DNA of 64,000 bases from an uncultured Clostridia bacterium (GTDB lineage: Bacteria > Bacillota > Clostridia > Oscillospirales > CAG-382), in assembly GCA_947626805.1 (NCBI GenBank), contig CANQTR010000001.1, positions 11,579-75,578 of the forward strand. Direction: 5' to 3'. The notes under the pieces were generated by a model that saw only the letters and a program-made list of their open reading frames with translations, made no database searches and was not told where the DNA came from. The position numbers and the translations under genes were made by a program. Positions 1 through 8,900 of this stretch are shown here, in pieces (the first letter of the stretch is position 1; each line of letters starts with the position of its first letter).

Positions 1-42
1 GTTCAGGTCCCTGTCGTCCTCCACCACCAGTATCTTGAACAT
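1..42 (-). CDS. response-regulator receiver domain, first 14 codons only (gene continues beyond the left edge)
   Basis: Reverse complement of 1-42 reads MFKILVVEDDRDLN, a canonical receiver-domain start. A GGAGGGAGG Shine-Dalgarno (complement of 51-59) lies 8 nt upstream of the ATG at 42-40. Confidence 0.5.
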   Translation of the reverse strand, partial: MFKILVVEDDRDLN

Positions 43-209
43 CTTGCGAACCTCCCTCCGCAAATCCGTTTTTCGTATTGTAACACCCAAATGTTAAAAT
101 TTTGTTTGCGTTTTCGGCTTTTTCCAAAGAATTTTGCCCGCGGGAACAAAACGACCGTCCGAACCACCCGCCCGGACGGTCAAATTTCAGGAACCCCCGC
201 AAACGCGGG

Positions 210-1436
210 TCATCGCGTTTTTCCGTTGACGACCTCCATGGATTTTCCGGTTGTAACGTCAACGATTGCGAGGTCCTCGTTGCCGCGTTCCGTGGAAAAT
301 ACGTTGGGAAAATCCCGATACGTCCGGTACTGGATATACAGCACTTCCCCGTCCGCAAAGACGTAATCGATACGGTCGGGTTTCCCGTCGTGCGCGCCGT
401 GATAGACGAGTTCGGGGGCACCGCCGTATTCCTTGACGCGATAGACGTTCCCGCAAGTGGGATTATCGCGGGAAAGGTATTCGTAGAGTTCGTCGTCCTC
501 CCGATAGGACTCTATCCGGGACGAATCCTCACAGCAGTAATAGAGATAGCCCGCGCTCGCCCAGTAATGGAGGGCGGAAGGGAGCGTTGCGACGTCGACC
601 ATTCGATTGTCCTCCAGTTTCTGCAGAACGCCCGTGTCGTAGTTGTAATTGTAAAGATTCCCTCCGAAATTCGTCAGAAAGGTGACGCCCTCCACGACCG
701 CATACGTCTTTCGGAAATCCTCCGAAAAGCGATACAGCGTAAGCGTTTCCAAATCGTGCAGGTACACCGTATCCCCGCTCGCGTAATAGCTTGCATTCGC
801 GGGTTCCGTCAGCCGTTCGCTCCGTTCCGACGAATAGGTGTACCGCCACAGGGAATACCGGGGTTTCTCGTCGACGTACTCCGTTTTTACCCAATAAAGC
901 CCTTCATCCGTGTCGGAAAGCAGGACGGCGTCGCTCGGAATCGAGAGCCTTTGGGCATTGTCCCCGTCCAAATCGGAAACGTACGATTCCCCCTCCCCGA
1001 GATTCGGGGCGAAAAACAGGTGGTTCGCGCTGAAAGAAATCGTTTTCCCTTGCGAGAACAGGCAGGATTCGTGCGTACAGAATACGTCATGGCACGCGTA
1101 GGAGAATTTGCCGCTCAACTTATCGTATTCCAGGAGCGTCCAGACGTAGCGGTCGGTCGCGCAATTGAAAATCATGCGCGTCGGCGTATTTGCGTACAGC
1201 AGAATCCCGTCCTTTCCGTGCAGACAGGAAACCGAGCTGTCCTTCGCGAGTTGTTTCAGCCCGTCCTCCCCTAAGGATTGATAGTACGCGGAAACGAATT
1301 CCGTTTGCAGAAGTTCCGTTTCGGCTTGACCGGTCCCGCCCTGCAGGGAACCGGCGCCGGAATAGGAATAATCCGCCGAGCAGGACGGCAAAACCAGCAG
1401 AAACAGCGACAGGCAAACCGAAATGAATCTTTTCAT
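210..1436 (-). CDS. lipoprotein of unknown function
   Basis: ORF 210..1571(-) trimmed to the internal ATG at 1436. MKRFISVCLSLFLLVLPSCSAD is a signal peptide plus lipobox. The rest is Tyr/Asp/Ser-rich with no motif I recognise. It lies directly downstream of the ABC pair. Confidence 0.7.
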   Translation of the reverse strand: MKRFISVCLSLFLLVLPSCSADYSYSGAGSLQGGTGQAETELLQTEFVSAYYQSLGEDGLKQLAKDSSVSCLHGKDGILLYANTPTRMIFNCATDRYVWTLLEYDKLSGKFSYACHDVFCTHESCLFSQGKTISFSANHLFFAPNLGEGESYVSDLDGDNAQRLSIPSDAVLLSDTDEGLYWVKTEYVDEKPRYSLWRYTYSSERSERLTEPANASYYASGDTVYLHDLETLTLYRFSEDFRKTYAVVEGVTFLTNFGGNLYNYNYDTGVLQKLEDNRMVDVATLPSALHYWASAGYLYYCCEDSSRIESYREDDELYEYLSRDNPTCGNVYRVKEYGGAPELVYHGAHDGKPDRIDYVFADGEVLYIQYRTYRDFPNVFSTERGNEDLAIVDVTTGKSMEVVNGKTR

Positions 1437-1450
1437 ACAGACCTCCCCGG

Positions 1451-3523
1451 TCACAGTAGTAGGAATCCGGCAAACAGGACCGCCGACGACAGCAGGAACG
1501 TGAGCGCCTTGCTTTTGGTCCCGCGGGATAACGCCGCAACGCCCAGCGAAAACCCGCAAGCCGAAACGCACGTTGCGACCACCCGCAAGAGCGCATAGGC
1601 GAAAAGCGGAAGGGACCCCAAAAAGGAAACGCCTTCAATACTGTACGCGCGCGCCGTGCACAGCGGCAGCGACCCGTAAAAGGCAATCGCCGCGGTATCG
1701 ATTGCGGAAAAAGCGACGGCGCAAAACGCCGAAAACCCGATACAAAACGCCAGTTTCGATTTGTGCAAGGCCTTGCGGTCGCAAACCGCATACAGCAGGT
1801 GCATGCGGTTCCTGTATTCGTCGCCGTAAAGACCGCACATGGCCGCGACGAGCAAAAGACCGAGCACAACGTCGACCCGGAACGCAAAAAGTCGGTTCCA
1901 GCCGGTATCATACAGCACGGACGGCCGTTTCCCGCTCTCCGCCAGCGACCGGAGATACGTCAGCCGCTCCCGCACCCTGACGAGCGCTTTCTCATTTTGT
2001 TCCGCCTCGTAGAAACGGACAAGATACCGTCCCATTTCGCTCCTCGTCACTTCCCCGGCGCGGTACTTTCGCTCCATCTCCTCTTTTTGCCCCATAACCG
2101 CGTACAGTTCGGAAAGTTCGGCGTCAAGCGCCGCCTGCTTTTCCGCGGTGTAGTCCCCTTCGACGGACGTCAGGTAGGAACGGTATTTCTGTTCCGTGTA
2201 GGTGGGCGTGAAGCCGTACAGTTGCGCCGAAACATACCCTTTGAGGAGAATCGCGCCCACCAGTACCGGCAGGATTCGGTTGGCGAACAACTGCTTTTTC
2301 CGCTCGTAGGCGTACACGCTCCTGACGCGGGTCCGGCGGCGGGTCCGGCGCGGTATCGCGATACGGAACGCCTTGTATTCCGGCGGTCGGTTCCGGTGCA
2401 GGACAAAAACCGCGCAAAGCGCAAGGGCGCAAAGCAAATACAAAAGCGAAACGACGACCATGCCGTACAGCACGGTCCCGCCCGTCACGACGGGATAGAT
2501 ATGCGCAAACAGCGTATTCCCGTCGCAAAGGGCGGCGAAACTGCCGATGTTCCGGATACTGCCCGCCACAGTCGGGTCCCCGCTTTTGAACGCGAACTGC
2601 ACCGCCGCGACGACGGCCGCGCCGACAAGCGAAAACACGCGGTTCCCGCTGTATTTCCCGACGATACACGCCGCCATGCAAACGAAAAAGCAGGCGAGGA
2701 ACAGGAACGCCGAAAGAATGCCGACCGCCTCCGTTACGGTCAGGGGCAAGGGAAACAGGTAGAACGCCTCGCTGTTCTGCAGGAATTCGGCGAACGCGGA
2801 AAACCCGCCGGACACGGCGTATACCGCGACCGAAAGAACCGCGGACGATACGCTCGCGACCGCACAGCAGACCGCGCAGACGACGGTTTTCGCCAAAAAG
2901 CGGGACCGCCTGCCGTATCTTGCGGAGCGAAACAGCAGTTCGTTTCCGCGTTCCCGGTCGCCGAAAGCCGCCATCGAGCCGAGGAACGCGCCGAAAAGCA
3001 GGAGCGGGAGGAGAAGCGCCGACAAAACCTCGAAAAGCGATTCCAATCCGCGCATATCCGCCTGCCCCAGGCGGAGCGTTCTGTTTTTTTCGTAAACCGC
3101 GATGAGCATTTCATTGACGGCGTTCCGCCCGTCGTTCCCGGCGGATTGCTGTTTTTTCAGTTCGCCGACGGTTCGGTCCAGTTTGTCGATGTAGGACTGC
3201 TGTCGGTTTATTGTTTCGAAAGCGAGCCGGTACTGCTCGAATTCGAGCCGCCATTCCGGCGCGGCGCCGCCCCCGTCCGCGTCCGAATCGAGGGAATCGG
3301 CGTATGCTTCATACGCCTCCTGCAGTTCCCGATACCGCGCGAGAACCGCTTGCGGGTCCTCCCGGTATTCCTCCGCAATCCGTTCGACCGCGTCCGCGTC
3401 GTACGGCGACGGCTCCGCAAAGACGAACCCGAGAAAAGCGGAAACGGCGAGCAACAGCAGGAACATACCCGCAAAACCCCTGCCGAGGACCGTCTTTTTC
3501 AACTCAAACCCGATCAGCCTCAT
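1451..3523 (-). CDS. ABC-2-type transporter permease, internally duplicated (about 690 aa)
   Basis: ORF 1451..3649(-) trimmed to ATG 3523 (GGGGA SD 6 nt upstream; 20-nt overlap with the ATPase gene end). It has two blocks of multiple hydrophobic helices separated by charged helical linkers. Confidence 0.7.
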   Translation of the reverse strand: MRLIGFELKKTVLGRGFAGMFLLLLAVSAFLGFVFAEPSPYDADAVERIAEEYREDPQAVLARYRELQEAYEAYADSLDSDADGGGAAPEWRLEFEQYRLAFETINRQQSYIDKLDRTVGELKKQQSAGNDGRNAVNEMLIAVYEKNRTLRLGQADMRGLESLFEVLSALLLPLLLFGAFLGSMAAFGDRERGNELLFRSARYGRRSRFLAKTVVCAVCCAVASVSSAVLSVAVYAVSGGFSAFAEFLQNSEAFYLFPLPLTVTEAVGILSAFLFLACFFVCMAACIVGKYSGNRVFSLVGAAVVAAVQFAFKSGDPTVAGSIRNIGSFAALCDGNTLFAHIYPVVTGGTVLYGMVVVSLLYLLCALALCAVFVLHRNRPPEYKAFRIAIPRRTRRRTRVRSVYAYERKKQLFANRILPVLVGAILLKGYVSAQLYGFTPTYTEQKYRSYLTSVEGDYTAEKQAALDAELSELYAVMGQKEEMERKYRAGEVTRSEMGRYLVRFYEAEQNEKALVRVRERLTYLRSLAESGKRPSVLYDTGWNRLFAFRVDVVLGLLLVAAMCGLYGDEYRNRMHLLYAVCDRKALHKSKLAFCIGFSAFCAVAFSAIDTAAIAFYGSLPLCTARAYSIEGVSFLGSLPLFAYALLRVVATCVSACGFSLGVAALSRGTKSKALTFLLSSAVLFAGFLLL

Positions 3524-4382
3524 GTTCGTCCCCATATAACAGCATATATGCGTCCTCAAGCGTCGGTTGCACTTCCACCGCCGTTTCCGACGGCTTGACG
3601 GGGGAAAGCAGGCGGCAACTCGTTTTTCCGCCTTCGCTGTTGATTGCAATCACGCGGAAACGCGCTTTCAACTCCCCGAGCGCGTCGCCGTCGACGGTGC
3701 AGGACCAAACCGCGCCCCGCGCCTTTTCCGCCAGCGCGTTCGGTTCCCCGCAAAAAATCGTTTCGCCTTTCTTCAGGCAAATCACCCCGTTCGCGATGTG
3801 CTCGATATCGCCGATGATGTGCGTCGCGAGCAGAATCGTCTTGCCGAAGGACTGTTCCGCGAGGAAGTTTTTCACCAGAACCCGTTGCTTCGGGTCCAGC
3901 CCCGCCGTCGGTTCGTCGAGAAGCACGATTTCCGGCTCGCCCAAAAACGCCTGAATCAGCATCAGCCGCTGTTTCATGCCGCCCGAAAACGAAGCGATTT
4001 TCCGGTTTTTCACGGCGTCGAGCTCGAACCTGCCGAGAAGGGAATCGATTTGCGCCGACGCCGCTTTCCGGTCTATCCCCTTCAAAACCGCCATATAGTG
4101 CAGGAAATCCAGGCAGGAAAACGCGGGAATCAGTTCGCAAGATTGCGGCATATAGCCGATACGGGCGCGGAAACGACCGTTTTCCCGCTTTATTTTTTCT
4201 CCGTTGAAGAGAATCTCGCCGCCGTCCTGCCGAATGTTATCGGTCAGAATGTTCATGAACGTCGTTTTGCCCGACCCGTTCGGACCGAGCAACCCGTAAA
4301 CGCCCTCGCCCAGCCGGCAACTGCAATCGCAAAGCGCCCGTATTTTGCCATACGATTTACGGATTCCTTTTATTTCCAGCAT
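3504..4382 (-). CDS. ABC transporter ATP-binding protein
   Basis: Walker A GPNGSGKTT, signature FSGGMKQRL, Walker B IVLLDEPTAGLD, H-loop LLATH. Start moved from GTG 4388 to ATG 4382, which sits behind a GGGGG SD. Confidence 0.9.
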   Translation of the reverse strand: MLEIKGIRKSYGKIRALCDCSCRLGEGVYGLLGPNGSGKTTFMNILTDNIRQDGGEILFNGEKIKRENGRFRARIGYMPQSCELIPAFSCLDFLHYMAVLKGIDRKAASAQIDSLLGRFELDAVKNRKIASFSGGMKQRLMLIQAFLGEPEIVLLDEPTAGLDPKQRVLVKNFLAEQSFGKTILLATHIIGDIEHIANGVICLKKGETIFCGEPNALAEKARGAVWSCTVDGDALGELKARFRVIAINSEGGKTSCRLLSPVKPSETAVEVQPTLEDAYMLLYGDEHEADRV

Positions 4383-4496
4383 ACGCACCGCCCCCGTTCC
4401 GCCGCATCTATCGTTTTTTTATCGTTTCCCCGTATCGGCGCGTCCTTCGCCGCCGAAAACGGCGTGCTCACGCGCGAATTTGCGTGATTTCGGCGG

Positions 4497-4886
4497 TCAA
4501 CTGCATTTCGGAATCATATAACGGATAGGACGCGTCGCCTTGAAAACCGGTGTCTCCAAAGGAATCGGATTCTCGCGTTCGTCCATTCTCCGAATGGGGC
4601 GGGTACGAATCCATACGAAAATCAGGACGGCGACGGGAAATACCGCACAATATGCCAATTTGGGGGATAGCATACTCAAAAGGATCAAGCCGAGAATGAC
4701 AAGCACCAGACCTACCGCGAGCCGATTGACGGAAAAGCCTTGCCCGTAAAATTGCCTGCAATGCGGACAGCGCCCGAAATCCGTGTATCTGCTTCCCACC
4801 GTCGTGCGGGGCGTTTTGACCCGGTCGACCTTCGGGTTTATTCTTTTACCGCACCACGGACACCTTTTTGTACGCATGATACGCAC
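4497..4886 (-). CDS. zinc-ribbon membrane protein, unknown function
   Basis: CPWCGKRINP ... CPHCRQ (two CxxC pairs) followed by two hydrophobic helices. No family recognised. Confidence 0.5.
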   Translation of the reverse strand: MRIMRTKRCPWCGKRINPKVDRVKTPRTTVGSRYTDFGRCPHCRQFYGQGFSVNRLAVGLVLVILGLILLSMLSPKLAYCAVFPVAVLIFVWIRTRPIRRMDERENPIPLETPVFKATRPIRYMIPKCS

Positions 4887-5176
4887 GCCCTTTCTTGATT
4901 CAAATTCGCACGAACGATTCCGATTCCGTATTTTTGAAAGCCGTCAAGACAACGTCGCCGACGGGCGACCGCGCACGCGCGGCGTATTGTCGTATTTACC
5001 ATATATGCAAACATTTTTTCGTTTTTCACGGTAAAACCGTATAAATTATAGCAAAAATCCGACCGTTTGTCAAGCGGAATCCGCGCCATGGGTCTTAAAA
5101 ACCGGTTTTTCAAAACGATTGCGATATGCAGGCGCATTTTTTTCGTCTGACGGGAACGAAAAAAGTCGCGAAACAC

Positions 5177-5205
5177 TTGCAAACGCCATCAAGAATCGGT
5201 ATAAT
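5177..5205 (+). promoter_or_regulatory. sigma-70/SigA-type promoter
   Basis: TTGCAA (5177-5182), a 17-nt spacer, then TATAAT (5200-5205), 52 nt upstream of the ATG at 5258, in an AT-rich intergenic region. Confidence 0.6.
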
Positions 5206-5257
5206 ATACAAAAAAGGGTTCTGATTTTCTTTGCCCACATCGTAGGAGGACGATTTT

Positions 5258-5827
5258 ATGTTGTTCGACAGAATCAAGAAAATAACGCTCGCCTCTCTCT
5301 GCACGCTTCTGGTATATTTGCCTTCCTATGTAATTTTAGGCGCAATCGCGTCGTCCGACCCCGTTGCGAAAACGGTTGTTTGGACCCTCCTTTCCATCGC
5401 TTTGCCGGCATTATTTTCGTATCTGCTCATTTATTTCTGTTATCTCCGAAAGCGCAACGGGGAATTGCGCTATTGGCAGGACTATCGCGAGGGCGTTTTG
5501 GATACGGAAAACGAGTGGAAGAATTTGCTGTCGAGGGAAAAAGGAATGGTTCTTCTCTTCTTCTCGATAAACTTCCTGCTTTGGATAATCGGAAGTATCG
5601 ATGTGCTCCTGTTTAAAAAGCAAACGTTCTCGACGGTTCTGAATATCCTTTATTCGCCGATGTCTATGCTTGGCGAAATCCTGCCGAATTGGGCATACGG
5701 CGTACTGGGCTATTTGTGCGGCGCCGTTATCACATCGTTTTGGTACTTGCTGGAGATGCTCGTGGTGCAAAAAAAGTGGAGGAAACAAATCGTTGCACAG
5801 GAGAGCAGCGAAGGGGAGAAAAAGTAA
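5258..5827 (+). CDS. integral membrane protein, unknown function
   Basis: 189 aa with four to five hydrophobic helices and a GGAGGA SD. Same AT-richer composition as the downstream operon. Confidence 0.7.
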   Translation: MLFDRIKKITLASLCTLLVYLPSYVILGAIASSDPVAKTVVWTLLSIALPALFSYLLIYFCYLRKRNGELRYWQDYREGVLDTENEWKNLLSREKGMVLLFFSINFLLWIIGSIDVLLFKKQTFSTVLNILYSPMSMLGEILPNWAYGVLGYLCGAVITSFWYLLEMLVVQKKWRKQIVAQESSEGEKK

Positions 5828-5957
5828 GGCGTCCGCCGACATTGAACAAACGAACCGGTTTCTATGGATACGGCGGAAACCGAATTTCGACGTCGGAGGC
5901 ATATCGAAAGTCGCCGAAATTGCCGAAAAACATTGTAATTGAGCGGAGAATCGTACG

Positions 5958-8900
5958 ATGGCAGAGGATTTGCTGGACAGAAAACTCGAATATTGGGAAC
6001 ATCAATTGCTCGACCTTGGCAAGCGCAACAAAATGATTCATTACCGCGAAACCAAAAGGACTACCCTAAAGTTAGTAGAGCCTTCTTTTGGCAATCTCTT
6101 TACGCGACTGGCGATAAACGAAGAAACGCTGACCTTTCAGCGTGCGGTTGACAGAGAAACGGACATTCGGGTATTTTCCATTTTGTCGCTGCTGGAAACC
6201 TTATCCGCCCCGCTGCCGGTTACAATCGGCGATATCAAAACAGAAGGAAGTATCTTAGAACGTCAGCGCACATTGAAAAATATGCGCGCAAAATCCCGCC
6301 TTGCGCTCGAAGAACAAGGAACGAACATCCTCTACCTTTCTTTTGGATTTATCGAATGGAAAGACGGCAAGGGCGCTTCCGCGCAATGGATTAAATCCCC
6401 CATCATATTGGTGCCGGTCGTATTGACTTTAGAAGCAATCAATTCGCCGTATACGCTATCCAAGCACGAAGACGATATTGTTGTCAACCCCACATTGGAG
6501 TATTATCTCAAAACGGAGTACGGGATTGCATTACCGCATTTTGACGCGGACAAGGATACGCTTGACGAGTATCTGAAAAGCCTTGAAGATATCGCTGACC
6601 GGAGGGGCTGGAAAATTCTACGGGAAGCAAGTTTGGGGCTGCTTTCATTCCTCAAGATTACGATGTATAATGACCTTCTCCGCAATGAGGAGCGCATAAA
6701 GGAAAATCCCGTCATTCGGGCAATGTCCGGCGATACCGATGCGGTGAACGATATCCCCGACGAATTGCATTCATTCGACCTCGATTCAATAAAACCGCAA
6801 GACTGCTATCAAGTGCTGAGCGCCGATTCCAGCCAGCAAGACGCGATTCTTTACGCGAAGAATAACATCAGTTTCGTCATGCAAGGTCCTCCCGGAACCG
6901 GTAAGAGTCAGACGATTACCAACATCATCGCGGAAGCCTTAGCCGATGGAAAAAAAGTATTGTTCGTATCGGAAAAAATGGCTGCTTTGCAGGTGGTATA
7001 TCGAAGGCTGCAGGACGCACACCTTGCCGATTTCTGCCTGCCGCTCCACAGCTATAAGGCAAACAAGAAGGAAATCCTCGAACAAATTGGCGCCAATCTC
7101 AAGTTGAAGCAAACGCGCGTAAAAGATACCGCTATCACCAATCTGGAAGAGCTTTTAGCGATTCGTCAAGAGCTGAATCAATACGCTTCCGAACTCCACG
7201 CATTGAATCCCGAATTGAACCGTAGCTGTTATGAGGTTTACGGCAAACTTGAGGAAGTCAATCATGCGCCTACGGTTACATTCGCCATAGATGACCCCCT
7301 GGGGGTTTCACAGGCTACGTTGCAATCCGATTTGAACGCATTAAACGAATACGCATTGTCCCTGAGCAGATTAAAATATTTCATCAAGAATAATCCGTGG
7401 GAGGGTCTGTCCTCTCGTATATCGAGCTATGCATACTCGGAAAAAATGCGTTTGGAATTAGGCGCGTTTCATGAAATTCTGTCTCGGCTTATCGCGGAAA
7501 TCCAATCCGTTTCGGAATGTTCGCATCTGCCGAGCGCGCTTCCGTATACGGCAATCCCGCTATTGGCAGACGGGTTGCAAAAAATCGGTGCGCTCCCGTC
7601 CGTACCGAATGCGTGGCTTTACGACGTCGACATTTCGCAAGCGATATCCGTAGCCGAGGAGGCAAAAACGCTGTACGAAAAACAGTTTGCGCGGCAAAAG
7701 GAGATTGCGTCCGTCTTTAACAAAGATATCTACGGATATGACTGCAACGGCTGGAAAGAAACGCTCCGGGCAATCGCGAACGCCCTTGCCGACATGCCCT
7801 TGCTTGACAAGGATTCTCCGGACGATTATATCCGAGAGGCGCCGTTACTCGCAAAGGTTTTTTCCGCGCTCAAAGAAAAGCTTGTTACCGTCAATGAAAA
7901 ATTTGCGGCAATCAATGATTTGCTAGGGACGGATTTTCAAGCGAATGTCGCTACGCAACAAGTCGTCGCGGATTTGCTCGCCTTGCTCCAAAGCAACGCA
8001 ATTCCGCAAAAGAATTGGTTTTCCGCCGATTTAAGCGCAATCAAGGGATTGGTCGACGAGGCGAAGACCACGGCAGACGAGCTAAGGACCTGCAAAGAGC
8101 GCATATTGACCGAATGGGAATCGGACGTTTTGGCTTTGGACTATTCGCCGATGCTGTTGCGCTATAAAACGGATTACACACATCTGTCTAGGGTCTTTCA
8201 TTCCCAATACAGGCGGGATAAAAAGCAAATACAGGCATTGTCGAGAACCGTCCGCAAAAAACTGCCCGACGCTGTGGCGTTGGACCTGTTAAACGCATTA
8301 AAGAGATACCACGAAAAGCTGGCGTGGTTCGAGGAAAAGCGTGTTGCGCTATCCACTGCCCTTTCCTCGTATTATATCGGCGTCGATTCGCAATGGGATT
8401 TTATACGGGACGCGGTCGGCGTCGTCGAGCAGCTTTCCCGGCTCCTGGGAGGCCGCATTCCCCCGCGGACGATTGACCTGTTGTGCGCCGACCACCGCGC
8501 GCAAATCGAAACTTTGGAAACTCTGCTGTCAACCGCTAGAACGGCTTTTTCCGCGGCGAAAGAGATTCTGGAAAACCGACAACTCTCCATTCGTATCGAT
8601 TCCCCTGATTTTGATTCGAATCAAACGGTGGCTACAATCGACGCGTACCTGTCAAAACTAAACGAAATTGCCGTGCAGAAAGACCTGCTCAAGCCGTATC
8701 TGTATAACGCGGACGAGCCGATGGACTCCATAAATTCGGCAATGGAAACGCTGCATTTGTACACGGATACGAAGGATTTGCTTTTCGCCCGCTCCGCAAC
8801 GTATCAGCAGCAGTTTGGCTTTTTGTATTCGGATTCCATCACCGATTGGGATTACATTCTCGAACTGCTTGCGAAGGTATCGGAAATCAAACAATTGTCA

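Noticed and set aside
102-3598. Long plus-strand ORFs (102..1274, 390 aa; 1763..3598, 611 aa) antisense to the lipoprotein and ABC permease genes.
   Set aside because: The translations are Arg/Pro/Gly/Ala-rich and low in complexity, with no motifs, which is typical of shadow ORFs in about 60% GC DNA. The opposite strand carries clear signal-peptide, TM and ABC features.
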